Positions 34,634 to 48,188 of a stretch of DNA of 64,000 nt are shown here, in pieces (the first letter of the stretch is position 1; each line of letters begins with the position of its first letter). The position numbers were made by a program, and so were the translations under genes. Source of the DNA: Escherichia coli (GTDB taxonomy: Bacteria; Pseudomonadota; Gammaproteobacteria; Enterobacterales; Enterobacteriaceae); the NCBI RefSeq assembly GCF_003334385.1, contig NZ_QOWN01000023.1; one strand, given 5' to 3'. Below the pieces are notes generated by a model. That model was not told where the DNA came from, searched no databases, and worked only from the letters and a program-made list of their open reading frames with translations.

Positions 34634-35647
34634 ATGAATACTGAAGCCACGCACGACCAAAATGAAGCACTTACTACCGGCGCTCGCCTGCGTAATGCTC
34701 GCGAACAACTAGGACTTAGTCAGCAGGCCGTTGCCGAGCGACTTTGCCTGAAGGTTTCCACGGTACGCGACATTGAAGAAGATAAGGCACCCGCCGATCT
34801 TGCTTCAACATTCCTGCGCGGATATATCCGCTCTTATGCGCGTCTGGTACATATTCCAGAAGAAGAACTGCTGCCAGGGCTGGAAAAGCAGGCTCCACTT
34901 CGGGCTGCAAAAGTTGCGCCGATGCAGAGTTTTTCCCTCGGTAAACGCCGCAAAAAACGCGACGGCTGGCTGATGACCTTCACTTGGCTGGTGTTGTTTG
35001 TGGTTATCGGCCTGAGCGGTGCCTGGTGGTGGCAAGACCACAAAGCTCAGCAGGAAGAGATCACCACTATGGCCGATCAATCTTCGGCGGAACTGAGCAG
35101 TAATAGCGAGCAGGGGCAGAGTGTTCCATTAAATACGTCGACAACTACAGACCCGGCTACAACGTCCACGCCGCCAGCGTCTGTGGATACTACCGCAACC
35201 AACACGCAAACACCTGCCGTAACTGCGCCAGCACCAGCTGTTGATCCGCAACAGAATGCGGTTGTTTCGCCTTCGCAGGCAAATGTTGATACCGCCGCGA
35301 CCCCGGCACCAACGGCAGCAACAACGCCAGATGGTGCTGCGCCGTTGCCAACCGATCAGGCTGGCGTGACCACGCCGGTGGCTGATCCGAATGCGCTGGT
35401 GATGAACTTTACTGCCGATTGCTGGCTGGAGGTCACTGATGCTACCGGTAAAAAATTGTTTAGCGGTATGCAGCGTAAAGACGGTAATTTGAACTTAACC
35501 GGCCAGGCACCGTACAAACTGAAAATTGGTGCGCCAGCCGCAGTACAGATCCAGTATCAAGGGAAACCTGTCGATCTGAGTCGTTTTATCAGAACTAACC
35601 AGGTTGCGCGTCTGACCCTCAATGCCGAACAATCACCGGCGCAGTAA
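34634..35647 (+). CDS. rodZ: Cytoskeleton protein RodZ (HTH, single TM, Pro/Thr/Ala-rich periplasmic linker)
   Basis: Xre-type [25 protein letters not shown]; TM segment [16 protein letters not shown]; low-complexity linker; 337 aa. Confidence 0.93.
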   Translation: MNTEATHDQNEALTTGARLRNAREQLGLSQQAVAERLCLKVSTVRDIEEDKAPADLASTFLRGYIRSYARLVHIPEEELLPGLEKQAPLRAAKVAPMQSFSLGKRRKKRDGWLMTFTWLVLFVVIGLSGAWWWQDHKAQQEEITTMADQSSAELSSNSEQGQSVPLNTSTTTDPATTSTPPASVDTTATNTQTPAVTAPAPAVDPQQNAVVSPSQANVDTAATPAPTAATTPDGAAPLPTDQAGVTTPVADPNALVMNFTADCWLEVTDATGKKLFSGMQRKDGNLNLTGQAPYKLKIGAPAAVQIQYQGKPVDLSRFIRTNQVARLTLNAEQSPAQ

Positions 35648-35673
35648 CAGACGGGTAACGCGGGAGATTTTTC

Positions 35674-36792
35674 ATGCATAACCAGGCTCCAATTCAACGT
35701 AGAAAATCAACACGTATTTACGTTGGGAATGTGCCGATTGGCGATGGTGCTCCCATCGCCGTACAGTCCATGACCAATACGCGTACGACAGACGTCGAAG
35801 CAACGGTCAATCAAATCAAGGCGCTGGAACGCGTTGGCGCTGATATCGTCCGTGTATCCGTACCGACGATGGACGCGGCAGAAGCGTTCAAACTCATCAA
35901 ACAGCAGGTTAACGTGCCGCTGGTGGCTGACATCCACTTCGACTATCGCATTGCGCTGAAAGTAGCGGAATACGGCGTCGATTGTCTGCGTATTAACCCT
36001 GGCAATATCGGTAATGAAGAGCGTATTCGCATGGTGGTTGACTGTGCGCGCGATAAAAACATTCCGATCCGTATTGGCGTTAACGCCGGATCGCTGGAAA
36101 AAGATCTGCAAGAAAAGTATGGCGAACCGACGCCGCAGGCGTTGCTGGAATCTGCCATGCGTCATGTTGATCATCTCGATCGCCTGAACTTCGATCAGTT
36201 CAAAGTCAGCGTGAAAGCGTCTGACGTCTTCCTCGCTGTTGAGTCTTATCGTTTGCTGGCAAAACAGATCGATCAGCCGTTGCATCTGGGGATCACCGAA
36301 GCCGGTGGTGCGCGCAGCGGGGCAGTAAAATCCGCCATTGGTTTAGGTCTGCTGCTGTCTGAAGGCATCGGCGACACGCTGCGCGTATCGCTGGCGGCCG
36401 ATCCGGTCGAAGAGATCAAAGTCGGTTTCGATATTTTGAAATCGCTGCGTATCCGTTCGCGAGGGATCAACTTCATCGCCTGCCCGACCTGTTCGCGTCA
36501 GGAATTTGATGTTATCGGTACGGTTAACGCGCTGGAGCAACGCCTGGAAGATATCATCACTCCGATGGACGTTTCGATTATCGGCTGCGTGGTGAATGGC
36601 CCAGGTGAGGCGCTGGTTTCTACACTCGGCGTCACCGGCGGCAACAAGAAAAGCGGCCTCTATGAAGATGGCGTGCGCAAAGACCGTCTGGACAACAACG
36701 ATATGATCGACCAGCTGGAAGCACGCATTCGTGCGAAAGCCAGTCAGCTGGACGAAGCGCGTCGAATTGACGTTCAGCAGGTTGAAAAATAA
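35674..36792 (+). CDS. ispG: 4-hydroxy-3-methylbut-2-enyl diphosphate synthase (IspG/GcpE)
   Basis: Fe-S cysteines in [10 protein letters not shown] and GCVVNGPGE; 372 aa. Confidence 0.95.
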
Positions 36793-36890
36793 TAACGTGA
36801 TGGGAAGCGCCTCGCTTCCCGTGTATGATTGAACCCGCATGGCTCCCGAAACATTGAGGGAAGCGTTGAGGGTTCATTTTTATATTCAGA
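36793..36890 (+). ncRNA. sroE: Candidate 3'-UTR-derived small RNA in the ispG-hisS spacer (SroE-like)
   Basis: Stable hairpin GGGAAGCG-CCT-CGCTTCCC at 36802-36820 right after ispG stop; an sRNA is known at this position from memory; ends not determinable from sequence. Confidence 0.35.
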
Positions 36891-36902
36891 AAGAGAATAA
36901 AC

Positions 36903-38177
36903 GTGGCAAAAAACATTCAAGCCATTCGCGGCATGAACGATTACCTGCCTGGCGAAACGGCCATCTGGCAGCGCATTGAAGGCACACTGAAAAACGTGCT
37001 CGGCAGCTACGGTTACAGTGAAATCCGCTTGCCGATTGTAGAGCAGACCCCGCTATTCAAACGTGCGATTGGTGAAGTCACCGACGTGGTTGAAAAAGAG
37101 ATGTACACCTTTGAGGATCGCAATGGCGACAGCCTGACTCTGCGCCCTGAAGGGACGGCGGGCTGTGTACGCGCCGGCATCGAGCATGGTCTTCTGTACA
37201 ATCAGGAACAGCGTCTGTGGTATATCGGGCCGATGTTCCGTCACGAGCGTCCGCAGAAAGGGCGTTATCGTCAGTTCCATCAGTTGGGCTGCGAAGTTTT
37301 CGGTCTGCAAGGTCCGGATATCGACGCTGAACTGATTATGCTCACTGCCCGCTGGTGGCGCGCGCTGGGTATTTCCGAGCACGTAACTCTTGAGCTGAAC
37401 TCTATCGGTTCGCTGGAAGCACGCGCCAATTACCGCGATGCGCTGGTGGCATTCCTTGAGCAGCATAAAGAAAAGCTGGACGAAGACTGCAAACGCCGCA
37501 TGTACACTAACCCGCTGCGCGTGCTGGATTCAAAAAATCCGGAAGTGCAGGCGCTTCTCAACGACGCTCCGGCATTAGGTGACTATCTGGACGAGGAATC
37601 TCGTGAGCATTTTGCCGGTCTGTGCAAACTGCTGGAGAGCGCGGGGATCGCTTACACCGTAAACCAGCGTCTGGTGCGTGGTCTGGATTACTACAACCGT
37701 ACCGTTTTCGAGTGGGTGACTAACAGTCTCGGCTCCCAGGGCACCGTGTGTGCAGGCGGTCGTTATGACGGTCTTGTGGAACAACTGGGCGGTCGTGCAA
37801 CACCGGCTGTCGGTTTTGCGATGGGCCTCGAACGTCTTGTATTGTTAGTACAGGCCGTTAATCCGGAATTTAAAGCCGATCCTGTTGTCGATATATACCT
37901 GGTGGCTTCAGGTGCTGATACACAATCTGCGGCTATGGCATTAGCTGAGCGTCTGCGTGATGAATTACCGGGCGTGAAATTGATGACCAACCACGGCGGC
38001 GGCAACTTTAAGAAACAGTTTGCCCGTGCTGATAAATGGGGTGCCCGCGTTGCTGTGGTGCTGGGTGAGTCTGAAGTGGCTAACGGCACAGCAGTAGTGA
38101 AGGATTTGCGCTCTGGTGAGCAAACGGCAGTTGCGCAGGATAGCGTAGCCGCGCATTTGCGCACGTTACTGGGTTAA
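36903..38177 (+). CDS. hisS: Histidyl-tRNA synthetase
   Basis: GTG start; class II motifs ([14 protein letters not shown]); 424 aa. Confidence 0.95.
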
Positions 38178-38194
38178 GGAAGGAGAAGGACAGC

Positions 38195-38815
38195 GTGGAA
38201 ATTTACGAGAACGAAAACGACCAGGTAGAAGCGGTTAAACGCTTTTTTGCTGAAAATGGCAAAGCACTGGCTGTTGGGGTGATTTTGGGCGTTGGCGCAC
38301 TGATTGGCTGGCGCTACTGGAACAGCCATCAGGTTGATTCTGCACGCTCCGCTTCTCTTGCCTATCAAAATGCGGTTACCGCAGTGAGCGAAGGCAAACC
38401 GGATAGCATCCCGGCGGCGGAAAAATTTGCTGCTGAAAATAAAAATACTTATGGTGCGCTGGCTTCTTTGGAACTTGCGCAGCAATTTGTTGACAAAAAT
38501 GAACTAGAGAAAGCTGCCGCCCAGTTACAACAGGGGCTGGCAGACACGAGCGATGAAAATCTCAAAGCCGTGATAAATCTGCGTCTTGCTCGCGTTCAGG
38601 TACAGCTCAAGCAGGCTGATGCCGCGCTGAAAACCCTTGATACCATCAAAGGTGAAGGGTGGGCTGCCATTGTTGCCGACCTGCGTGGTGAAGCATTGCT
38701 GAGCAAAGGTGATAAGCAAGGTGCGCGTAGTGCATGGGAAGCAGGCGTGAAAAGCGATGTTACTCCGGCACTGAGCGAAATGATGCAGATGAAAATTAAT
38801 AATTTGTCCATCTGA
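38195..38815 (+). CDS. yfgM: Membrane-anchored TPR-like protein YfgM
   Basis: GTG start; N-terminal TM anchor then helical repeats; 206 aa. Confidence 0.88.
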   Translation: MEIYENENDQVEAVKRFFAENGKALAVGVILGVGALIGWRYWNSHQVDSARSASLAYQNAVTAVSEGKPDSIPAAEKFAAENKNTYGALASLELAQQFVDKNELEKAAAQLQQGLADTSDENLKAVINLRLARVQVQLKQADAALKTLDTIKGEGWAAIVADLRGEALLSKGDKQGARSAWEAGVKSDVTPALSEMMQMKINNLSI

Positions 38816-38825
38816 GAGGGACCCG

Positions 38826-40004
38826 ATGCAATTGCGTAAATTACTGCTGCCAGGACTGCTTTCCGTTACCCTTTTAAGCGGCTGTTCGCTGTTTAACAGC
38901 GAAGAAGATGTGGTAAAGATGTCCCCATTGCCAACCGTTGAAAACCAGTTTACGCCGACCACGGCGTGGAGCACTTCCGTTGGTAGCGGCATTGGCAACT
39001 TCTATTCCAATCTTCATCCGGCACTGGCGGACAACGTTGTCTATGCAGCGGACCGCGCTGGTTTAGTAAAAGCGCTGAATGCGGATGATGGCAAAGAAAT
39101 CTGGTCTGTCAGCCTGGCCGAGAAAGATGGCTGGTTCTCTAAAGAGCCTGCATTACTTTCTGGCGGTGTGACCGTGTCTGGTGGGCATGTCTACATTGGC
39201 AGCGAAAAGGCGCAGGTTTACGCGCTGAATACCAGCGATGGTACTGTGGCATGGCAAACTAAAGTCGCGGGTGAAGCACTTTCGCGCCCGGTGGTCAGCG
39301 ACGGTCTGGTGTTAATCCACACCAGTAACGGTCAGTTACAAGCGCTGAACGAAGCTGACGGCGCTGTCAAATGGACAGTTAACCTCGATATGCCTTCGCT
39401 CTCTTTGCGTGGCGAGTCTGCGCCGGCAACGGCTTTTGGTGCGGCCGTCGTGGGGGGCGATAATGGTCGCGTCAGCGCAGTGCTGATGGAACAGGGCCAG
39501 ATGATTTGGCAGCAGCGTATTTCCCAGGCGACCGGTTCTACCGAAATTGACCGTCTGAGCGATGTTGACACGACTCCCGTCGTTGTTAACGGCGTTGTTT
39601 TCGCGCTGGCCTATAATGGTAACCTGACGGCGCTTGATCTGCGCAGTGGTCAGATTATGTGGAAACGCGAACTGGGTTCGGTGAATGATTTCATCGTCGA
39701 CGGCAATCGCATCTATCTGGTCGATCAAAATGACCGGGTGATGGCGTTGACCATTGATGGCGGCGTTACGCTGTGGACACAAAGCGATCTGCTGCATCGC
39801 CTGCTGACTTCTCCGGTGCTGTATAATGGCAACCTGGTGGTCGGTGACAGTGAAGGTTATCTGCACTGGATTAACGTCGAAGATGGTCGTTTCGTTGCCC
39901 AGCAAAAAGTTGATAGTTCCGGTTTCCAGACTGAACCGGTTGCCGCTGACGGCAAACTGCTGATCCAGGCAAAAGACGGAACCGTGTACTCTATTACACG
40001 TTAA
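38826..40004 (+). CDS. bamB: Outer membrane protein assembly lipoprotein BamB (PQQ beta-propeller)
   Basis: Lipobox LLSGCSLF; repeated propeller blades; 392 aa. Confidence 0.95.
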   Translation: MQLRKLLLPGLLSVTLLSGCSLFNSEEDVVKMSPLPTVENQFTPTTAWSTSVGSGIGNFYSNLHPALADNVVYAADRAGLVKALNADDGKEIWSVSLAEKDGWFSKEPALLSGGVTVSGGHVYIGSEKAQVYALNTSDGTVAWQTKVAGEALSRPVVSDGLVLIHTSNGQLQALNEADGAVKWTVNLDMPSLSLRGESAPATAFGAAVVGGDNGRVSAVLMEQGQMIWQQRISQATGSTEIDRLSDVDTTPVVVNGVVFALAYNGNLTALDLRSGQIMWKRELGSVNDFIVDGNRIYLVDQNDRVMALTIDGGVTLWTQSDLLHRLLTSPVLYNGNLVVGDSEGYLHWINVEDGRFVAQQKVDSSGFQTEPVAADGKLLIQAKDGTVYSITR

Positions 40005-40028
40005 TCGTCTCTGTCGTTCACTTTGAAA

Positions 40029-40062
40029 ACGGCTCCTGGACAGGGGCCGTTTTCCTGTTTTT
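40029..40062 (+). terminator. Intrinsic terminator after bamB
   Basis: Stem ACGGCTCC/GGGGCCGT followed by TTTCCTGTTTTT. Confidence 0.65.
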
Positions 40063-40121
40063 AACAACGACGCGAATATAGCGTGCGTTGTCTGATGATT
40101 TATAAAAATGAGGCTTTAAAC

Positions 40122-41594
40122 ATGGTACCTGTGGTCGCGCTTGTCGGGCGCCCTAACGTAGGAAAATCCACGTTATTTAACCGTCTAACTCGCACCCGAG
40201 ATGCGCTGGTTGCGGATTTCCCGGGTCTGACTCGTGACCGTAAGTACGGTCGTGCGGAAATTGAAGGCCGTGAGTTTATCTGTATTGATACCGGCGGGAT
40301 TGATGGCACAGAAGACGGTGTAGAAACCCGCATGGCGGAACAGTCGCTGCTGGCGATTGAAGAAGCGGACGTCGTACTGTTTATGGTGGATGCGCGCGCG
40401 GGCCTGATGCCGGCAGATGAAGCGATTGCCAAACATCTGCGCTCCCGTGAAAAACCGACCTTCCTGGTGGCAAACAAAACTGACGGTCTGGATCCCGATC
40501 AGGCAGTGGTTGATTTCTACTCGCTTGGTTTAGGTGAAATCTACCCGATCGCCGCGTCTCACGGTCGTGGCGTATTAAGTCTGCTGGAGCATGTGCTGCT
40601 GCCGTGGATGGAAGATCTCGCACCGCAAGAGGAAGTCGACGAAGACGCTGAATACTGGGCGCAATTTGAAGCGGAAGAGAACGGCGAAGAAGAAGAGGAA
40701 GACGACTTCGACCCGCAAAGTCTGCCGATCAAACTGGCGATTGTGGGTCGTCCGAACGTAGGTAAGTCTACACTCACTAACCGTATTCTTGGTGAAGAGC
40801 GCGTTGTTGTTTACGACATGCCTGGCACGACGCGTGACAGCATCTACATCCCAATGGAACGCGATGGACGTGAGTATGTGCTCATTGACACCGCTGGCGT
40901 ACGTAAACGCGGCAAAATCACCGATGCTGTAGAGAAATTCTCCGTAATCAAAACGTTGCAGGCCATTGAAGACGCCAACGTGGTGATGTTAGTGATTGAT
41001 GCGCGCGAAGGTATTTCCGATCAGGATCTCTCGCTGCTGGGCTTTATTCTCAATAGTGGGCGCTCACTTGTCATTGTGGTGAATAAGTGGGATGGCCTGA
41101 GTCAGGAAGTGAAAGAGCAGGTGAAAGAAACGCTGGACTTCCGTCTGGGCTTTATCGATTTTGCTCGTGTGCACTTTATCTCTGCCTTGCACGGCAGTGG
41201 TGTTGGTAACTTGTTTGAATCAGTACGTGAAGCGTATGACAGCTCCACCCGTCGTGTGGGGACCTCTATGCTGACGCGCATCATGACGATGGCTGTTGAA
41301 GATCACCAACCGCCGCTGGTACGCGGTCGTCGTGTGAAGCTGAAATATGCCCACGCCGGTGGTTATAACCCGCCGATTGTGGTGATTCACGGTAATCAGG
41401 TGAAAGACCTGCCTGATTCCTACAAGCGCTACTTGATGAACTACTTCCGCAAATCGCTGGACGTAATGGGATCGCCGATTCGTATTCAGTTCAAAGAAGG
41501 GGAAAACCCGTATGCGAATAAGCGTAACACCCTGACGCCAACCCAGATGCGTAAACGTAAGCGTCTGATGAAGCACATCAAGAAAAATAAATAA
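40122..41594 (+). CDS. der: Ribosome-associated double-GTPase Der (EngA)
   Basis: Two G domains each with P-loop GRPNVGKST; acidic linker [28 protein letters not shown]; KH-like C-terminus; 490 aa. Confidence 0.95.
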
Positions 41595-41663
41595 TTATCC
41601 GTAAGTATTTTATCTGCCATTCCCTCTATGAATGTAGAGGGAATGGCTACCGGAGGAATTCAT

Positions 41664-43276
<1,613 letters not shown>

Positions 43277-43358
43277 TTATTCAGTCGATAGTAACCCGCC
43301 CTTCGGGGATAGCAAGCATTTTTTGCAAAAAGGGGTAGATGCAATCGGTTACGCTCTG

Positions 43359-43364
43359 TATAAT
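43359..43364 (+). promoter_or_regulatory. Candidate guaB promoter -10 (TATAAT) followed by GC-rich discriminator GCCGCGG
   Basis: Perfect TATAAT 44 bp upstream of guaB ATG; upstream GCAATCGGTTACGC (43341-43354) resembles a PurR half-operator (about 10 of 14). Confidence 0.45.
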
Positions 43365-43407
43365 GCCGCGGCAATATTTATTAACCACTCTGGTCGAGAT
43401 ATTGCCC

Positions 43408-44874
43408 ATGCTACGTATCGCTAAAGAAGCTCTGACGTTTGACGACGTTCTCCTCGTTCCTGCTCACTCTACCGTTCTGCCGAATACTGCTGACCTCAGC
43501 ACCCAGCTGACGAAAACTATTCGTCTGAATATCCCTATGCTTTCCGCAGCAATGGATACCGTAACGGAAGCGCGCCTGGCTATTGCTCTGGCTCAGGAAG
43601 GCGGTATCGGCTTTATCCACAAAAACATGTCCATTGAACGCCAGGCAGAAGAAGTTCGCCGTGTGAAAAAACACGAATCTGGTGTGGTGACTGATCCGCA
43701 GACTGTTCTGCCAACCACGACGCTGCGCGAAGTGAAAGAACTGACCGAGCGTAACGGTTTTGCGGGCTATCCGGTCGTTACCGAAGAAAACGAACTGGTG
43801 GGTATTATCACCGGTCGTGACGTGCGTTTTGTTACCGACCTGAACCAGCCGGTTAGCGTTTACATGACGCCGAAAGAGCGTCTGGTCACCGTGCGTGAAG
43901 GTGAAGCCCGTGAAGTGGTGCTGGCAAAAATGCACGAAAAACGCGTTGAAAAAGCGCTGGTGGTTGATGACGAATTCCACCTGATCGGCATGATCACCGT
44001 GAAAGACTTCCAGAAAGCGGAACGTAAACCGAACGCCTGTAAAGACGAGCAAGGCCGTCTGCGTGTTGGTGCAGCGGTTGGCGCAGGTGCGGGTAACGAA
44101 GAGCGTGTTGACGCGCTGGTTGCCGCAGGCGTTGACGTTCTGCTGATCGACTCCTCCCACGGTCACTCAGAAGGTGTACTGCAACGTATCCGTGAAACCC
44201 GTGCTAAATATCCGGATCTGCAAATTATCGGCGGCAACGTGGCAACAGCTGCAGGTGCACGCGCTCTGGCAGAAGCTGGTTGCAGTGCGGTTAAAGTCGG
44301 CATTGGCCCTGGCTCTATCTGTACAACTCGTATCGTGACTGGCGTCGGTGTTCCGCAGATTACCGCTGTTGCTGACGCAGTAGAAGCCCTGGAAGGCACC
44401 GGTATTCCGGTTATCGCTGATGGCGGTATTCGCTTCTCCGGCGACATCGCCAAAGCTATCGCCGCTGGCGCAAGCGCGGTGATGGTAGGTTCCATGCTGG
44501 CGGGTACTGAAGAATCTCCGGGTGAAATCGAACTCTACCAGGGCCGTTCTTACAAATCTTACCGTGGTATGGGTTCCCTGGGCGCGATGTCCAAAGGTTC
44601 CTCTGACCGTTATTTCCAGAGCGATAACGCTGCCGACAAACTGGTGCCGGAAGGTATCGAAGGTCGCGTAGCCTATAAAGGTCGCCTGAAAGAGATCATT
44701 CACCAGCAGATGGGCGGCCTGCGCTCCTGTATGGGTCTGACCGGCTGTGGTACTATCGACGAACTGCGTACTAAAGCGGAGTTTGTACGTATCAGCGGTG
44801 CGGGCATTCAGGAAAGCCACGTTCACGACGTGACCATTACTAAAGAGTCCCCGAACTACCGTCTGGGCTCCTGA
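43408..44874 (+). CDS. guaB: IMP dehydrogenase
   Basis: Catalytic-cysteine loop [11 protein letters not shown]; CBS pair; 488 aa from [16 protein letters not shown]. Confidence 0.96.
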
Positions 44875-44942
44875 TTCTCTTCGCCCGACTTCATGTCGGG
44901 CGATTTATATTATCTGTTTCACTTGCCTCGGAATAAGCGTCA

Positions 44943-46520
44943 ATGACGGAAAACATTCATAAGCATCGCATCCTCATTCTGGACTTCGGTTCTCAGTACA
45001 CTCAACTGGTTGCGCGCCGCGTGCGTGAGCTGGGTGTTTACTGCGAACTGTGGGCGTGGGATGTGACAGAAGCACAAATTCGTGACTTCAATCCAAGCGG
45101 CATTATTCTTTCCGGCGGCCCGGAAAGTACTACTGAAGAAAACAGTCCGCGTGCGCCGCAGTATGTCTTTGAAGCAGGCGTACCGGTATTCGGCGTTTGC
45201 TATGGCATGCAGACCATGGCAATGCAGTTGGGCGGTCACGTTGAAGCCTCTAACGAACGTGAATTTGGCTACGCGCAGGTTGAAGTCGTAAACGACAGCG
45301 CACTGGTTCGCGGTATCGAAGATGCGCTGACCGCAGACGGTAAACCGCTGCTCGATGTCTGGATGAGCCACGGCGATAAAGTTACCGCTATTCCGTCCGA
45401 CTTCATCACCGTAGCCAGCACCGAAAGCTGCCCGTTTGCCATTATGGCTAACGAAGAAAAACGCTTCTATGGCGTACAGTTCCACCCGGAAGTGACTCAC
45501 ACCCGCCAGGGTATGCGCATGCTGGAGCGTTTTGTGTGTGATATCTGCCAGTGTGAAGCCCTGTGGACGCCAGCGAAAATTATCGACGATGCTGTAGCTC
45601 GCATCCGCGAGCAGGTAGGCGACGATAAAGTCATCCTCGGCCTCTCTGGTGGTGTGGATTCCTCCGTAACCGCAATGCTGCTGCACCGCGCTATCGGTAA
45701 AAACCTGACTTGCGTATTCGTCGACAACGGCCTGCTGCGCCTCAACGAAGCAGAGCAGGTTCTGGATATGTTTGGCGATCACTTTGGTCTTAACATTGTT
45801 CACGTACCGGCAGAAGATCGCTTCCTGTCAGCGCTGGCTGGCGAAAACGATCCGGAAGCAAAACGTAAAATCATCGGTCGCGTTTTCGTTGAAGTATTCG
45901 ATGAAGAAGCGCTGAAACTGGAAGACGTGAAGTGGCTGGCGCAGGGCACCATCTACCCTGACGTTATCGAATCTGCGGCGTCTGCAACCGGTAAAGCACA
46001 CGTCATCAAATCTCACCACAACGTGGGCGGCCTGCCGAAAGAGATGAAGATGGGCCTGGTTGAACCGCTGAAAGAGCTGTTCAAAGACGAAGTGCGTAAG
46101 ATTGGTCTGGAGCTGGGCCTGCCGTACGACATGCTGTACCGTCACCCGTTCCCGGGACCAGGCCTTGGCGTTCGTGTTCTGGGTGAAGTGAAGAAAGAGT
46201 ACTGTGACCTGCTGCGCCGTGCTGACGCCATCTTCATTGAAGAACTGCGTAAAGCGGACCTGTACGACAAAGTCAGCCAGGCGTTCACTGTGTTCCTGCC
46301 GGTACGTTCCGTTGGCGTAATGGGCGATGGTCGTAAGTATGACTGGGTTGTCTCTCTGCGTGCTGTCGAAACCATCGACTTTATGACCGCACACTGGGCG
46401 CATCTGCCGTACGATTTCCTCGGTCGCGTTTCCAACCGCATTATCAATGAAGTGAACGGTATTTCCCGCGTGGTGTATGACATCAGCGGCAAGCCGCCAG
46501 CTACCATTGAGTGGGAATGA
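44943..46520 (+). CDS. guaA: GMP synthase (glutamine-hydrolysing)
   Basis: GATase catalytic Cys in GVCYGMQ; ATP-PPase motif SGGVDSSV; 525 aa. Confidence 0.96.
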   Translation: MTENIHKHRILILDFGSQYTQLVARRVRELGVYCELWAWDVTEAQIRDFNPSGIILSGGPESTTEENSPRAPQYVFEAGVPVFGVCYGMQTMAMQLGGHVEASNEREFGYAQVEVVNDSALVRGIEDALTADGKPLLDVWMSHGDKVTAIPSDFITVASTESCPFAIMANEEKRFYGVQFHPEVTHTRQGMRMLERFVCDICQCEALWTPAKIIDDAVARIREQVGDDKVILGLSGGVDSSVTAMLLHRAIGKNLTCVFVDNGLLRLNEAEQVLDMFGDHFGLNIVHVPAEDRFLSALAGENDPEAKRKIIGRVFVEVFDEEALKLEDVKWLAQGTIYPDVIESAASATGKAHVIKSHHNVGGLPKEMKMGLVEPLKELFKDEVRKIGLELGLPYDMLYRHPFPGPGLGVRVLGEVKKEYCDLLRRADAIFIEELRKADLYDKVSQAFTVFLPVRSVGVMGDGRKYDWVVSLRAVETIDFMTAHWAHLPYDFLGRVSNRIINEVNGISRVVYDISGKPPATIEWE

Positions 46521-46546
46521 TTTGACCCTGCACTATGAATGAACAA

Positions 46547-46576
46547 AACCCTCTGTTACTACAGAGGGTTTTTTAT
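46547..46576 (+). terminator. Intrinsic terminator after guaA
   Basis: Stem AACCCTCTGT/ACAGAGGGTT followed by TTTT. Confidence 0.75.
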
Positions 46577-46612
46577 CTTCAAGAATTATAGGATTGAAGT
46601 TACTAACATCGA

Positions 46613-47152
46613 TTAATTAAACCAGCTGTCCGATTTGTTCTCTTCTGCTTTGCCCACGCTTTTCATCAGATCGCGACCGCCTTCAGTCATATTTCTGTTG
46701 GCGTCAGCTTCAGATTGCACCACATCGGTTTGCGCAGCTTTGTGCTTCAGTTCCTGATCGATAAATTCGTTTTCTCGCTTAACGCGGGCTTCTTCTTTCG
46801 CCAGCGCCAGTTTTTGTTTCTGAATCTCTAAGCTGCGTAGCTCATCTTCATAACTTTGATCGCGTTTTTTGTCCGCAGAGGCTTCGGCGTCCAGTTTATC
46901 CTGACGAGCTTTCTTATTTGCCGCTGCCGTTGCCGCTCTTTTGTTAGCGGCGGCCTGGGCATTTGCGCGACGTTGCTTCTCTTGCTGGATTTCCCTGTTG
47001 CGCTCCGCGACCCATTCGTCATGCTGCCTTTGCTCTTCATTTTTACCTTGCTGTTCCGCTTCTGCGACAGCAGAGAGTTGATCCTGCAATGATGAGGCGA
47101 TAGCCGGATAGCTTAAGGAGGCTAAGATGGCGCAAAGAAAAACTTTCTTCAT
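46613..47152 (-). CDS. yfgI: Secreted charged coiled-coil protein YfgI
   Basis: Signal peptide MKKVFLCAILASLSYPAIA then Lys/Glu/Gln-rich helical region; 179 aa. Confidence 0.82.
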   Translation of the reverse strand: MKKVFLCAILASLSYPAIASSLQDQLSAVAEAEQQGKNEEQRQHDEWVAERNREIQQEKQRRANAQAAANKRAATAAANKKARQDKLDAEASADKKRDQSYEDELRSLEIQKQKLALAKEEARVKRENEFIDQELKHKAAQTDVVQSEADANRNMTEGGRDLMKSVGKAEENKSDSWFN

Positions 47153-47167
47153 GACTCCTCCTGATTA

Positions 47168-47686
47168 TTAGCTCTTTTCAGGACATTTGGTATTTGGCTG
47201 AATACGCGTTTCGTTATACGTCGTGGTAATAACAACGGCTAAACCTGTCGTAAACTGGCACTCTTTACCCACCTGGGTAGAGGTATACACTTTGGTGCCT
47301 TCCTTATAGGTTAAAGAAACACCTTCCACTAAGGTTTTATCATTCACCATAGAACCCGCTGCCGCGCCTACAGCTCCGCCGCCAACTGCACCTGCCGTCG
47401 TTCCGGAATTGCTGCCAGACCCGACGTTGTGGCCGATAACACCGCCAGCGACTGCGCCAATAAGCGCGCCGAAGGCTTGTGCGTTCCGTTTATTTTGGGA
47501 GTTGTCTACGGCAACTTTTGCGGGAAGAATGGAAATAATATTAACGGTTTTAGTTTCTTGTTTGGTATTCAGTTGATCGGTTTGATAAACATCGGCAGCA
47601 TGATCGTCAGCATTTGACTGGCATCCTGCCAGAGTGAATGACGCTAACATTGCCACAGGCAGAAGACATTTTTTAAATTTCATCAC
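47168..47686 (-). CDS. yfgH: Lipoprotein with glycine-zipper segment YfgH
   Basis: Lipobox LAGC; Gly-rich tract GALIGAVAGGVIGHNVGSGSNSGTTAGAVGGGAVGAAAGS; 172 aa. Confidence 0.82.
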   Translation of the reverse strand: MMKFKKCLLPVAMLASFTLAGCQSNADDHAADVYQTDQLNTKQETKTVNIISILPAKVAVDNSQNKRNAQAFGALIGAVAGGVIGHNVGSGSNSGTTAGAVGGGAVGAAAGSMVNDKTLVEGVSLTYKEGTKVYTSTQVGKECQFTTGLAVVITTTYNETRIQPNTKCPEKS

Positions 47687-47996
47687 TATTCCTTGTTATA
47701 CACATTACGAAAAATAAGACATTTAAGATCATCAAAAGAGGAAAGTAAATGTATTGCGTATAAAGGGATAGATTAAATTTATTAAAATTCACGCAGGGAA
47801 TAATTTATAAAAATATATCATTACAACATATATATTAATTTTATATTTATTTCGCAGCCAAACAGGATAAACATCAGTCAGGATAAAGACGTAAAATTTA
47901 AGATGAAAGAATATCTGCCGCTTTGATAATCCCAAACAGCAAAAGCATCCGACAGCGAAGTGCCGTTATGTTCTGTGAAAGTGGAGAAGGTAACCG

Positions 47997-48188
47997 CTAA
48001 CGTTGTACCGGTGATTCGACGGAGAGTGTGGATTGCTGAGCTTCTTTTTTGCTCTGATGGTGCTGCCAGGCACCGACGGACGAGTAGATAAAACGGCCAA
48101 AGAAGAAGATAAAGCTGATGAGCAGTACGATACGGGTCATGCGACTGTTAAATCGGTGTCGTTTTCGCATACTGGTTGCCTGACTCAC
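47997..48188 (-). CDS. yfgG: Small membrane protein YfgG
   Basis: 63 aa with one hydrophobic helix (IVLLISFIFFFGRFIY); in AT-rich spacer. Confidence 0.65.
   Translation of the reverse strand: MSQATSMRKRHRFNSRMTRIVLLISFIFFFGRFIYSSVGAWQHHQSKKEAQQSTLSVESPVQR

Noticed and set aside
39336-40067. 243 aa minus-strand ORF inside bamB
   Set aside because: Antisense to the BamB beta-propeller gene
43411-44826. 251 aa and 219 aa minus-strand ORFs across guaB
   Set aside because: Antisense to IMP dehydrogenase; no independent evidence
44940-45803. 287 aa minus-strand ORF across the start of guaA
   Set aside because: Antisense to GMP synthase N-terminal domain
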